NCBI GenBank assembly: GCA_000002435.2
Contig: CM018793.1
Source of the DNA: Giardia intestinalis
Taxonomy: Eukaryota
Strand: one strand, 5' to 3'
Length of the DNA: 64,000 bases
The notes under the pieces are model-generated. The model saw nothing but the letters and a program-made list of their open reading frames with translations. It had not been told where the DNA came from and did not search any database. Both the position numbers and the translations under genes were made by a program. This document shows, in pieces, positions 21,601 to 31,479 of this stretch (the first letter of the stretch is position 1; each line of letters opens with the position of its first letter).

Positions 21601-24600
21601 CGCCCCCAGGATGATATATTTAATACTGAGCCTGGAAAAAGAGTCCTGAAGGCTGTTTTGTCCATTCAACGCTATGTCAAACAGAGAGCTCTTAGAAGAG
21701 TGATGCCTACAATTCAGATATATCTTGCAACAAAGCGACGTACCCTTGCAAGTCACACAACTATGCAGGCAGTTCGCGTCTTGCAGTACCACATGCTAGC
21801 ATACAGTCTGCTATCCTTTCTTAGGCTTTTGGCGGATGCTGAGCGCATCTTTAAACTTTCATGGAGTGACGTAAAGCTGTTTTTGCCCACTGCTTTGCGT
21901 GGCTCACTCTCGTTGGCAGAGTCTTGTGATCTATTGGAGCTACAAATCACAGGTACTGCCACCTCTCCGAATACAAACAGATTTACTAACCTAGGATTTT
22001 CCACGCAATATTTGCACATAGGACCATACCTATCTATTTCACGCAGCAAAGCACAGCTCGAGGAGTACATAGCACGTATTTCTAGTGTGGGGACAGTGTT
22101 TCGCGCTAGTTACGCTGGGTATATAGTTAGAAGGACTCTGGCACTGATGCTCAGCAGGGCATCTTCTTATCCGCATCAGAGCATAAATCACAAACAGAGC
22201 ATCTTTTATGGCGCGCGCTGGATGCAGTATCATCCTGCAGACGTTCTACATGTATTACTCAGTCGCCAGTATTCTGTGGAGAACAGAGAGTATGTTCTTA
22301 GCGCATACATAGCTGAATACCATGGTCTTCTATCGAGTGTGTTGCTCATTCAAGCATTTTTCAGGGGCACAAAGGAGCGACTTCGTGCCAGGGTTCTTCA
22401 GGCGATTGTTAGGCAGATGATAGGCACTTCCAATCTACAAGACATTACTGACTCTTTTTATATATTTGTCCTTCGTGAGGCAACAAGGAGTGTCGGTTTG
22501 TTAGAAGCTGAAGCACTAAAAAAGCTAGGTAAGCGTTTAACTGTGGATCAGTACATTCAGATGATAACTTTATTCATGGATACGCTCTTACTGCGAGTGT
22601 CTAGGATACAAGCAGCGTTTAGAGGATGCAAGTTACGGACTACGCTTTATCGAATTCGGTGTGCTTGTTGCAACGACTTTATACTCATGCGCTTTGCCAT
22701 TTCCAACGACTTCAACTACTATGCGCTAGTTGATGCAGAGATGATAATTTTACGGTGCATGAGAAGACATCGCCAACGAGTCCTGGTTGCCAGGGCCATT
22801 CAAGCGGCTCCTTCTGCAGTAAAGCTGTTCATAGACGAAGCATCTCTTCGAGGCATCCAGACAATCGCTGATTTCAACGCTTATCAAGATAGGATACTTC
22901 GCGCAGCAACCCTTTTGCAATCTATGGTGCGCATGCTCATAACCATAAGGAACATTAATTGTGTCATGACGGTAAGCCCAATACTGCTCAGATATCCAAT
23001 AATTTGTGATGGTCTGTTGCTACCAACCGTTATCTTTCGCGAGGTTATGCTCAAGCATGTTATTGACAATACTGTGCGTCTACAGAGCTGCGCACGAGGA
23101 TATAGAGTTCGACTACGCCAACAACTGCTTCATTTACTTCTCGAGAAGATGCTTGGTATCACATGCTCAACCTCTTTTCATCATGATACTGCGTCGCGGA
23201 TCAAGCAGATTGTAATCCGTCGACTAGATCTAGTTACGTGCAGCCCTAAGGATATTCTTGAGCATACCGATGGTGTTTCCAGGTCTGTGGTTATTCTCCA
23301 GGCTCACATCCGGGGATGGGTTGTGCGTAGAAACTATAGGGATGGTGTACTAGTTTCTGTGAGAATAATTCAAAGGGCAATAAAGACTTATCTACACAAC
23401 TTATTTACTAAGCTGGTGAAAAAGCATGATACACTTTTGAATGACCTTCCACTTCTTATTTCTGTTGGTATAGTTAGCCAAGATATTGACGTAGGACTTC
23501 GTCGAGATATACCCTATCTTTCCGCTGGTAGCCTTGCTATGCTACAAGATACGTGTGACAGACTCTTATGCGCATTAGCTAGTTTTCGTGGAGTGGTTGT
23601 CAGGCTAAGGCTACGAAGGCTCAGGGATATATCTACGACACAGTGTATATTTAGAATGCTATGGCACCAAGCTTCTGTGCACGATCAGCTTCCACCGTCC
23701 GTTACCTCTACACTCAAGATTTACGGTTTACTAAATAGCAAATCCATCATTCTTCAGACATACATGCGTCGCCGCTTAGTGCACTTGAGACTAGGCTTAA
23801 TACAGCACCTAACCAATAAGCTGGTGAATTTAGAGATGCAGTCACAGTCTTCTGTGGCGCGTTTCGTGAAGCAAACCGTTCTCTATGTTGCGTTGCAGGC
23901 GGGTCTTACTGATGCAGCCATTTTCGATGCACTCGATGCGACTACTGAAAGCATAACTCTCATCCAGCAAACTATCAGACGGAGAGTGCTTATACGGAAT
24001 ATAGGTCTATTGAAAATTATGCACCTAACATTCAGCAATCTGTCGCCTCTACCTTTTCACATGATAATTCAGTTTTTTAGAAACGTAGCAGCTGACCGTC
24101 TGCTGTGGACGATTCGCAGTAGAAAACGCTCCACTGCAATATTGTATATTATAGACAAGAGTTTGGAGCGTGTACAAGCCCGTGCTCTCAGTTATCTCGC
24201 TCTTCAGATGCAGCACACCTACAATCGTCTGGAATTGGATCCTATTCTTTACGATTTGTTGTGTGACCCCAACGTGCAAAGCAGTAGTGCGTTACAGAGG
24301 GCTTATGAAGAGTTAGATAGATCAACACGCATGATACAAGCCTGGCTTCGGGGGTGCAGGGCTCGCCGGCTAGTGTCCACTTGCCGGGCGACATTGCTTG
24401 CTCACTGCAGCCATGTTGATTCACGGTTACAGAGGATCCTACTCCACCATTTGCACAGGTGTGAAAATCAGCTAGAAAGCGTAGAGTCTGTTGTATTGAC
24501 TTTGGTGAGTGCAGCGACTTGCATTCAGCGATACTATCGTGGCTGGTGTGTACGTTGGACTCTTAAACGCATTGCTCCATCACTAGCCTATTTAATGCTT

Positions 24601-27600
24601 AATAGAGGTTTTCTAAGGACTACAGACGCTTGTGCTAACTTCTATAATAGTATCCTCAAGGCAGTACAGATAATACAGCTACACGCGCGATTATTTCTGT
24701 GTGCGCAATCCTCGGTCCAACTGGCTCAAATCAACATGCTGCTGCAGAATGATGGCAGTGTTGATCTTCTGGACTATCTGTCCTCCAAAGACACCACTCG
24801 AAAGATCTCAAGCGAAGAATTATGGAGAAAGGCTCATGGTCTAAAAGAGTCCTTTACCTATCTGCAAGCATTCATTAGATGCTTTTTGGTACGAAAGTCG
24901 GTCCTTGCTTTCCGTTCCTTGTGTATTTACTTCGGGCTCAATAAGGTATGCCCTAGTCTGCTACTTGAGCTAGCTAGGAACGCGAGTGGCATGCTTTTCA
25001 GTGATACACGTGTCTTGTGTTACCCGTCTCGAGTTGAACCATCGCTTAAGTGGATCAGAATTGCTAGTGACATAATCCTACAGCGACTCGTACTTCACCA
25101 AAGAGGTGCCACCATTAGATTACTTAGAAGCTTCCCCCTTCCGGCCTGCTGTTACGTCCATAGGTATATTGATGGTACTAATCCGAGACTTATTCTCAGG
25201 CCGGATAAATGTGCAGACATTGCAGCCCAACTAATGCACTCTGCAACAGTAATTCAATCAATGTATAGAGGTTACGTCACGCGAAAAACGATAAAACATG
25301 TAGTAATGTCCTGCAAAGGAGACACTATTCTAGCACAAACGCTACTTGATAATATTTTCGTGGCGGCGTCAAAACTCTCTTCTAATGCCTCTTTAAAAGC
25401 ACGCTCCATGATATTGTTTTCAGCTAGTGTGGATGTTGCCGAGCAGGTGCTAAGTTCAGCGGCTCTTGTAATTCAGCGCACGTTCAGACTTAGAATGAGG
25501 AACAAGAGACTTAGTATAGCACGGTTTTACGGAGAAAAGTACTTCTCTGTGGAAGATCTGAAGGGAAGAGACGCGTTCAGACACCGAGAGCTTGCTCTTC
25601 TACGTGGAGCCACTACTATCCAATACCATTATAGAAAATACTCCTTCTTGGCCCATCTGGCCCAGTATACTAAGGGAGATACACGGCTGATGTCCATTTT
25701 CTTATGGAACTTGCAGCAAAAGCAGTCATTAGACGGATTTACTGGCAACTTGGCTTATAAGCAGTGTCTCTTAAATATGCAGCTAGTAGGTGCCCTTCTC
25801 AGTTCTGCCGCAGTAACCATTCAAAAAAGGTGTAGAGGATACATGGTGCACAAGATTTATCTGACTCTCCAGCAATGCCAGAATATAGGAATTTATCCTT
25901 GGATGATACTGAATCTCTTGTCTACTGATGCTAGCAATAAGCTGATATACTCATGCATCACCGATAGCATCCATGTTGTGTCCACTCGTGTAGCTTGCAT
26001 TCAGGCCTACGCACGAGGCTATATTCAACGAGCCTCTTCAGTCACAGTTGCTGCTGGATACAATCTATTTTTAACACAGCAGGAAAAATTATCTGGGCCA
26101 GCTGTTATCATGCGTGTGTGTCGCGCTATAGATGCCGCCGAAAAGCTTCTTTCTGCACATGCAAAGTCATACCTCATACGCACTAGACTCGATTGCCTTC
26201 GCAGATACTCTGCAGTTCCCCCGCCCGATCAGATTGATAGCATTCTAACAACGCGGATCAAATTTCAAAATTATTTACTGATTGTCGTGGCGACACTTAC
26301 AATCCAGTGCCACAGTCGTGGCTTTCTCGCTGTATGTTCTCTACGTCAGGCCGTTCCTCGGGGAATGCAGCTTTATCTTCCGCAAGCCCTAATGACCATC
26401 CCGTCTAAGTGTGCTCTCTTAACCGATATTATTATTAACTTAATTGTGCATATCCAAACTAGTACACGAAGATATCTTGCTTCCAAGTCTATGGGCTATA
26501 TACTGAAACACTTAGATAAGAAGACCTTCAACCTATTCTTCACAGCATCAGATCTACGACTTCCCAGTGCTGTTCTCGATAAGATTCAACTCATCTTGAG
26601 CAGCGCGTCGCTAATTGCCATCAGGGGGAGGGCATTTATCACCAGGAAAACATACCTCTATGTACAGATGTCCGGTTTATTAAAATTTCTTCCCGCTACC
26701 TTCGCCTACTCTCATTACAGTCGTGCCATCGAGTACATAAAAGATCTGTTTCATTGTATTCTTCTTATTCAGGCAGGAGCACGTGGATTCTTTGTGAGGC
26801 ACAAGATAAAGACTATAAAGGAGGTAGTGTTAGAATATGGAGCTACACTTGATTCGCTTCTCCTTCAGCTTATCTGGGAGCGAACAGTTCCTAACCACTT
26901 CAATAGTGTGACGACATATTCTGATAGTTATTATGAAAGATTCGATGTAGGTAGTGCTAGTAATAATGCACTCTCAGTGTTCGACGCAGCAGCGCTTATA
27001 GCCCATTCGGCCATATTAATACAGAAGTACTTTAGAGGTTATGCAGCATACACAACTGCATCTTTGTGTAAGAAGTTCGGTATACACTTTACATGGAATG
27101 TTGACAAAGGATTTGGAGGAGGGGTCGTGGTTATACAATCTGCCATTAGAGGGTGGAATATACGAGTCATGCTCGCGAGCATGGACGTCTGGGAGCGGAG
27201 CCTTTTTCTATCTAAAGGAGCGCATTTACATCTTCACTGCCCCAGCCAGTTAGCTGTCTTTCGAGCCGAAATTAATGAGGCAGCGTTGACATTGGGAAGG
27301 ATATGCAGAGGATTTATTATTAGATCAGAGTCAAGAGCGTTTAAGCATGCCCTGGGGAAGATAAGGCACAAGCCTACACGACGGGCTTTTAAGAGTACGC
27401 TTGAACCTCTTAGCATTCATCTGAACATAAAGGCTGCTATGCAGGAAGCAACAAGATTTTCTGCAGCATTGCATATACAGGCACATTATCGAGGAAATAA
27501 AGACCGCGCAAGCATTCCCCAAAGACTTTGGAGGAAGATACAGCACATACGTGAGCGGCTTGCCGACAGCTTAGCCCATGGAGACAAAACAAAAACAGTG

Positions 27601-28218
27601 GCAAAGCAAATACTAATACACAAAGCAATTCTTTTCAAAGCAGAGCATCCTCACAACAATCCGCGATCAGTAACGAAACTTAATTACTTTTGCAACCTAT
27701 ACTCCCCATCGGCGGGGTACATATTCAGTAGAGATTTCTGCGATATTATCATTGACGTAATAGGATCCACAATTACAACACCTGTGTTGCAGCAATACAA
27801 TGTATTCAGAGATGGATGCTGCCTTATCACAAAAATGCTCACGTATAATCCACCTACATGCAAGTTTGATACATTGAACCTAGCAAATTTCCAGGAGCTT
27901 GTCAAAGTCTCCTCGCCTAAAGTACAACATGCATCCGCAAAAGTGCCGAGTCCTTATGCTCTAACACCAACCTCAATTAAACCCTCATTGATGCGGCTTC
28001 CTGATACTCTCATCAATGCAATAGACTTTAACCGAGAAGATGGAGATATATGCGCAGACGCAGAAGAGCTGCTATGTACAATTATGCGATGTGCTGAGCA
28101 GAGTGGTTATGATAAATCTTACTTCATTTCAGAGTGCGAAAAGCTGGAGGAGTTGCATGAAGCAGGTCTTTTGAAAAGCTCACTGGGGATTTGCTCATCA
28201 AAAATATGCGATGCATGA
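18643..28218 (+). CDS. giant IQ-motif protein (3191 aa) with an ASH-like N-terminal domain, ASPM (abnormal spindle)-like
   Basis: Uninterrupted 9.6-kb ORF. The N-terminus (FTFSVGGGCRNAPVDFGPCRAGTSTVIEVLF...NVKFTW) fits the ASH/MSP-fold pattern. More than 15 IQ-type calmodulin-binding motifs (IQxxxRGxxxR) are spread over ~2000 aa, for example IQASCRGFLARQYYRR, LIQAFFRGTKERLRAR, RIQAAFRGCKLRTT, ILQAHIRGWVVRRNYR, CIQRYYRGWCVRWTLKR, VIQSMYRGYVTRKTIK, TIQKRCRGYMVHKIY, CIQAYARGYIQRA, LIQAGARGFFVRHKIK, LIQKYFRGYAAYT, VIQSAIRGWNIRV and HIQAHYRGNKDRA. An AT-rich initiator (gaataattaaaccATG) lies upstream. Confidence 0.6.
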   Translation: MRGFTFSVGGGCRNAPVDFGPCRAGTSTVIEVLFSSTLSVSVNVSISNLPRHIDAVPKQFILNPSSKMNVKFTWVSKDTKFQILNETLNVESQKSVQHLVLLGLATEKELNIFFSASNEKLYFRILGRPETFFVQSPIFEDTAGSEAFISRTALAQKGTDPFVLLSDRAIYDKVLHHGSNILNNFTNSLLHTSYLAGYEVFQATFLRDTLPNILMTAHRRYSQAIPAIRRKITFRGDISAPLDQQCRSMLSLALESIDGAIFRLVCDCLYRPQPNLFALFDLPQVRIADILLKLQQSEIVKQLFCRGSAGLQNRALSIEDQRVNKTRNCNLFIVVLCFIDLSLIVYKASGILRPLQHHVETVAATGKRSSITQARTLTEFLNSYYTIIGSTGGLSTILNDLGFSWFNQSIEQPHPISSISSPLKNENIANFRTLLPHLLLYMSRKREYCPGALKIPAETYEEIIENMRILISFCWPHKLVLEASKGLNKNLASLPSLTKTMLNKIILTIIKENQMAGLLCSEKVFLACLNSTVETSMISISCQQIFKRLKYVFNPSNSPIVRTVDRMYDEFRRKQEALTRSSVMLSNASVLDIIISGSQAHPSFTGKKHRTLLATLERHLSSHRYSEFLLLALQMVALVHGYDLNGVIFDPRDCVNNGLLLIMIARVILPTGRRIFPGKTLWKFNFAGTLQSSMVLSTYSEPECYNNDDVSEPEDGFSCSLRKSSTTDPSGWDDTRSSKFERFSSTRIATLSEKEPTLSQIIMQQQERDGYVKPEHNVLRLADFYSCHLAFISALERYEELLQKWDYSLSLEVFANRHSILRVLPSFVYSDNIRERTRYSFSLFRLIDAYTRSMGSTLPNTSMLSYYVSILFVTALVSNDYCLTGDIKLELLHISPEERDYQNLLNKYAKKTEQYRIRTRVDRRIAAIQASCRGFLARQYYRRVRYSALVIQHMWRTKLYHFEKGYLLTAQARRNLYLRALLTHESRPQDDIFNTEPGKRVLKAVLSIQRYVKQRALRRVMPTIQIYLATKRRTLASHTTMQAVRVLQYHMLAYSLLSFLRLLADAERIFKLSWSDVKLFLPTALRGSLSLAESCDLLELQITGTATSPNTNRFTNLGFSTQYLHIGPYLSISRSKAQLEEYIARISSVGTVFRASYAGYIVRRTLALMLSRASSYPHQSINHKQSIFYGARWMQYHPADVLHVLLSRQYSVENREYVLSAYIAEYHGLLSSVLLIQAFFRGTKERLRARVLQAIVRQMIGTSNLQDITDSFYIFVLREATRSVGLLEAEALKKLGKRLTVDQYIQMITLFMDTLLLRVSRIQAAFRGCKLRTTLYRIRCACCNDFILMRFAISNDFNYYALVDAEMIILRCMRRHRQRVLVARAIQAAPSAVKLFIDEASLRGIQTIADFNAYQDRILRAATLLQSMVRMLITIRNINCVMTVSPILLRYPIICDGLLLPTVIFREVMLKHVIDNTVRLQSCARGYRVRLRQQLLHLLLEKMLGITCSTSFHHDTASRIKQIVIRRLDLVTCSPKDILEHTDGVSRSVVILQAHIRGWVVRRNYRDGVLVSVRIIQRAIKTYLHNLFTKLVKKHDTLLNDLPLLISVGIVSQDIDVGLRRDIPYLSAGSLAMLQDTCDRLLCALASFRGVVVRLRLRRLRDISTTQCIFRMLWHQASVHDQLPPSVTSTLKIYGLLNSKSIILQTYMRRRLVHLRLGLIQHLTNKLVNLEMQSQSSVARFVKQTVLYVALQAGLTDAAIFDALDATTESITLIQQTIRRRVLIRNIGLLKIMHLTFSNLSPLPFHMIIQFFRNVAADRLLWTIRSRKRSTAILYIIDKSLERVQARALSYLALQMQHTYNRLELDPILYDLLCDPNVQSSSALQRAYEELDRSTRMIQAWLRGCRARRLVSTCRATLLAHCSHVDSRLQRILLHHLHRCENQLESVESVVLTLVSAATCIQRYYRGWCVRWTLKRIAPSLAYLMLNRGFLRTTDACANFYNSILKAVQIIQLHARLFLCAQSSVQLAQINMLLQNDGSVDLLDYLSSKDTTRKISSEELWRKAHGLKESFTYLQAFIRCFLVRKSVLAFRSLCIYFGLNKVCPSLLLELARNASGMLFSDTRVLCYPSRVEPSLKWIRIASDIILQRLVLHQRGATIRLLRSFPLPACCYVHRYIDGTNPRLILRPDKCADIAAQLMHSATVIQSMYRGYVTRKTIKHVVMSCKGDTILAQTLLDNIFVAASKLSSNASLKARSMILFSASVDVAEQVLSSAALVIQRTFRLRMRNKRLSIARFYGEKYFSVEDLKGRDAFRHRELALLRGATTIQYHYRKYSFLAHLAQYTKGDTRLMSIFLWNLQQKQSLDGFTGNLAYKQCLLNMQLVGALLSSAAVTIQKRCRGYMVHKIYLTLQQCQNIGIYPWMILNLLSTDASNKLIYSCITDSIHVVSTRVACIQAYARGYIQRASSVTVAAGYNLFLTQQEKLSGPAVIMRVCRAIDAAEKLLSAHAKSYLIRTRLDCLRRYSAVPPPDQIDSILTTRIKFQNYLLIVVATLTIQCHSRGFLAVCSLRQAVPRGMQLYLPQALMTIPSKCALLTDIIINLIVHIQTSTRRYLASKSMGYILKHLDKKTFNLFFTASDLRLPSAVLDKIQLILSSASLIAIRGRAFITRKTYLYVQMSGLLKFLPATFAYSHYSRAIEYIKDLFHCILLIQAGARGFFVRHKIKTIKEVVLEYGATLDSLLLQLIWERTVPNHFNSVTTYSDSYYERFDVGSASNNALSVFDAAALIAHSAILIQKYFRGYAAYTTASLCKKFGIHFTWNVDKGFGGGVVVIQSAIRGWNIRVMLASMDVWERSLFLSKGAHLHLHCPSQLAVFRAEINEAALTLGRICRGFIIRSESRAFKHALGKIRHKPTRRAFKSTLEPLSIHLNIKAAMQEATRFSAALHIQAHYRGNKDRASIPQRLWRKIQHIRERLADSLAHGDKTKTVAKQILIHKAILFKAEHPHNNPRSVTKLNYFCNLYSPSAGYIFSRDFCDIIIDVIGSTITTPVLQQYNVFRDGCCLITKMLTYNPPTCKFDTLNLANFQELVKVSSPKVQHASAKVPSPYALTPTSIKPSLMRLPDTLINAIDFNREDGDICADAEELLCTIMRCAEQSGYDKSYFISECEKLEELHEAGLLKSSLGICSSKICDA

Positions 28219-28311
28219 TAGTATGTAGAACTTTCCTTTAGCTGCTACCAGTAGAAGCGAATATTCCTTGTATACTGGTACTTTATGAACTAGTTAAGAA
28301 GCACAGCGATG

Positions 28312-31300
28312 TCAGTGTGGTATACATAGAATCTCTAAGATTTTATTCTCCACGCTTCTATCACCATGCGATGCTTTGTCAACAGCATATCTTAGTGCCT
28401 TGTTCCCCTTATTATCCTGTATTAGGATCTCTCTGGCGTAGAGAAGCTCTACACATTCAGGGTGCCCATGCATACAAGCGTACATAAGTGCTGTCCGTCC
28501 TGCATTGTCCTGCATACCCCCTTCTTGATCTAATAGTAAACTAACTATTTCGTTACATCCAGCAGCCGCAGCACACATCAGTGCAGTTCGTCCTTGCGCA
28601 TCTCTACACTTAGACTGGTATTTTGATAGGACTAATGCGGCATTCACATTGCAATGTTCTGCAGCGGACATAAGCTCTGTGAACGCGCACACACCTGCAT
28701 TAGCAGAAGTAGAGTTGGCCAGTGGTTTTTCTACTGTACGTAGAAGCGCTGCAACGGCTGTATTACCGCAAGCTTCTGCAATGTCCAGCGCACGCATCCC
28801 GTCTTTTCGAAACATGCAGGCTTCGTCTTTGAGAAGAAGCTCAACCACATTTATAGAGTTATGCTCCGCAGCAACCATCAAGGCTGTTGTGCCATCGTAT
28901 CTAGCCATTCCCGCGTAACGCATATGCTTATCCACCTTTTCAGAGTCGTTTTCTGCTGCTGCATGCATAAGTGGGGTAGTTCCGTCCGCTTCTATCTTCT
29001 CGTATAAATTGGACTGCAACATAGACGAGCCCGTTCGTGTTGTAGCTAGCATGGTTGTGGTCAAGATATCTGTGTAATGCATACTATCCTTGAAAGTTCC
29101 TTGGGCAGATGTAGTGGGAGCCCCTTGCTTTAGCACTTGCTGATCAAAGAAATTTCTGCCCACAGATTGCGTTGATGGAACTGGCTCCTGAGGTTCTGCT
29201 TCTGCTTTGAGCGCATCTAATGTGTGAACAGCTTCAGAGGGCACGCAAGAAGAGACAGGCTGGATACGCACACGTTCAGAGCTTGATGGTCTAGTAGTCG
29301 ATAGAGTAGATTGGTCTAGGGCAGAAGTAAGATCCTCAGTCAGGCAACCTGTCTGCTCAAGCTTCGAGAGCCGTATTTTGCTATTAAGAATTTCGTTCAT
29401 TAGTTGCTCGTTTTGCTTTCGACTCTCCAAAAGCTTTCCCCCTAAATCCTCACATCGTGAGAGAAGCACCCTGTACGCTGGATCCGCTAAATACCCACGC
29501 TCTTGAATATCTCTTAGAATACCAAGCTTTTCAGCATAGACGCTTTCGTTGTACCCACGCTTAATATTGTTCTGTTCCAGGCTAGCTGTCTTTTGCAAAA
29601 GGATGTCGTGCTTACATTGAAGGGAGGATAGCTCTGCCTTTACTAGCTGCAACTCAGCGCTTTTGTCTAGATCCATAGCTCTTTCTTCCAACTGGCGATG
29701 AAGGTCCCTAATTGTTGCATGAAGAGTGTCGATATTTTCAGTGTGCACTCGTTGTTCCAAAAGTTTAGATTCTATGTCGTGCAGACGATCTAGTTCTTTC
29801 TTCTGTTCTTCACGAATTTGTGAGCTAGCTTGCAAGACTTTGTGCAGACACGAAATCGTAAATAGGGCGTTAGAAATGCTTTCATTCCAATCCTTGTCTT
29901 CGTCCAGGTAGACAGAGTCAGACGTATCTTTATTTGCAGTCTCTATTTGAGTCTTGTAAATTGATAGCTCTCTAGATTTTGATAGTGCAAGAAGCTTTTG
30001 CTTTATGTTCTCGTAGTGCAGCTCCCGCTGGCTAGCGCGCTTTAGCTGTTCGTGCGAGGTCTTCAGTCGTTCCACGAGCTCCTTTACTTGACTTTCCAGA
30101 GCTTCTGTCGTTTTAGAGCTTCTATGTCGACGTCGTGTCGATGTCAGTGACGTCTGAGTGACATTTAGACTGTGCATAGTACTCTGATAAAGACTATGCT
30201 CATCTACGTGCGGTACACAGGGCTGGTGTGAATTAATCACTGAACCAGTTAAGGTAGATAGGTCACAATCAGTGATGTTATCTGGCAAACATTGTTGGTT
30301 GGGAATCGACATGTTTGATTGAGTTTGTAGCTGAACAAGTTGTTGCTTATAGTCTTCAACGGATTGCTTTAGCTGAGCTATAACCGTATCTTTTTCAGTA
30401 ATAATGGACTCGTAATCCGATAAAGCAGTGACAAGCCGCAAATTCTCTTGCTTAAAAAGCTCCAATGTATTATCTGTCTGGATGTCTGATTGAATGGAAC
30501 GCTCACAGACATCAATCAACATACTTGTTTGTGTCTCACAGTCAGCCTTTCCTCGCGAGTTCACAGAATAGTGTGGTGGATGTTTCCTCTTGATCTGTTG
30601 GGAACTCAGAGAAGCCTGATGCAAAATGTGTTGTCCTAAAGAATTCAAGGATGGCCTTGCTTGAGAATATGAAAAGGAGCTAGAATGCAAAGGCACCTCA
30701 CGGATTTTGGGGCTCTCTTTTCTATACGAAGCCGGCCTAACTGGGTGAGTACCTTTGGAACCAGAGCTTGCCAAACTCTCGGGGTCGAGGCGCCGTACAG
30801 AAATGGCTCCCAGTTCAGAATTAAAAGAGCTCACAGGTGTGCTTAAGCGGGGGTCGGTGAAACTGGGAACAGCTGACAGTAACTTATCTACTTCATTGGA
30901 CAAATCGTCCATACTGCTATAGTACCGCTGCGACGCATCATCGTATAGGCTCTGCAAGAAGGCTAACGTTTCCTTATTCTTGCAGCACTCCATGGCTTTG
31001 GCAACGGTTTTCCTATCTGGAGAAAGCAATCTACGCAAAACACTCACTGATTCTAGACTGCCAGCTATAGCGGCCTGATCCAGGACAGTATGACCAGTTC
31101 CATCACTGCAGTCATGAATATACTGGTGAAGAATTGGCAAGACCCCGGCTGATCCACTACGCGCTGCTACATGCAGTGCTGTAAGCCCATCTGGAGATAA
31201 AATATCATACTCTGCTGCCACAAGAAGTTCGCAGCACTTGACATGATTGTTGGATGCAGCAAGCAACAATGCTGTCTCTCCGCGCCTGTTAATATGCCGT

Positions 31301-31479
31301 GCTTCCGGTTCTAGCAGAATTTCAACCAAATCTGAATGACCATTCCTGGCTGCTTTAATAAGTGCAGTTGAGCCTTCACTATCAACAGACCCTGCGAACT
31401 TATGCAAATGAGAGATGACGCTATCCACATGTCCTCTCTCTGCTGCCTGAAACCATGCTGCGGAGGTGGTTATTGGCAT
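28312..31479 (-). CDS. ankyrin-repeat / coiled-coil protein of the Giardia 'Protein 21.1' family
   Basis: 1055 aa. It has ≥4 N-terminal and ≥6 C-terminal ankyrin repeats (G-TALI/M-AA--GH---VELLL pattern, for example GSTALIKAARNGHSDLVEILL and GRTALMYACMHGHPECVELL) flanking a central ~400-aa heptad/coiled-coil region. This architecture is typical of the large Giardia 21.1 family. Confidence 0.85.
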   Translation of the reverse strand: MPITTSAAWFQAAERGHVDSVISHLHKFAGSVDSEGSTALIKAARNGHSDLVEILLEPEARHINRRGETALLLAASNNHVKCCELLVAAEYDILSPDGLTALHVAARSGSAGVLPILHQYIHDCSDGTGHTVLDQAAIAGSLESVSVLRRLLSPDRKTVAKAMECCKNKETLAFLQSLYDDASQRYYSSMDDLSNEVDKLLSAVPSFTDPRLSTPVSSFNSELGAISVRRLDPESLASSGSKGTHPVRPASYRKESPKIREVPLHSSSFSYSQARPSLNSLGQHILHQASLSSQQIKRKHPPHYSVNSRGKADCETQTSMLIDVCERSIQSDIQTDNTLELFKQENLRLVTALSDYESIITEKDTVIAQLKQSVEDYKQQLVQLQTQSNMSIPNQQCLPDNITDCDLSTLTGSVINSHQPCVPHVDEHSLYQSTMHSLNVTQTSLTSTRRRHRSSKTTEALESQVKELVERLKTSHEQLKRASQRELHYENIKQKLLALSKSRELSIYKTQIETANKDTSDSVYLDEDKDWNESISNALFTISCLHKVLQASSQIREEQKKELDRLHDIESKLLEQRVHTENIDTLHATIRDLHRQLEERAMDLDKSAELQLVKAELSSLQCKHDILLQKTASLEQNNIKRGYNESVYAEKLGILRDIQERGYLADPAYRVLLSRCEDLGGKLLESRKQNEQLMNEILNSKIRLSKLEQTGCLTEDLTSALDQSTLSTTRPSSSERVRIQPVSSCVPSEAVHTLDALKAEAEPQEPVPSTQSVGRNFFDQQVLKQGAPTTSAQGTFKDSMHYTDILTTTMLATTRTGSSMLQSNLYEKIEADGTTPLMHAAAENDSEKVDKHMRYAGMARYDGTTALMVAAEHNSINVVELLLKDEACMFRKDGMRALDIAEACGNTAVAALLRTVEKPLANSTSANAGVCAFTELMSAAEHCNVNAALVLSKYQSKCRDAQGRTALMCAAAAGCNEIVSLLLDQEGGMQDNAGRTALMYACMHGHPECVELLYAREILIQDNKGNKALRYAVDKASHGDRSVENKILEILCIPH

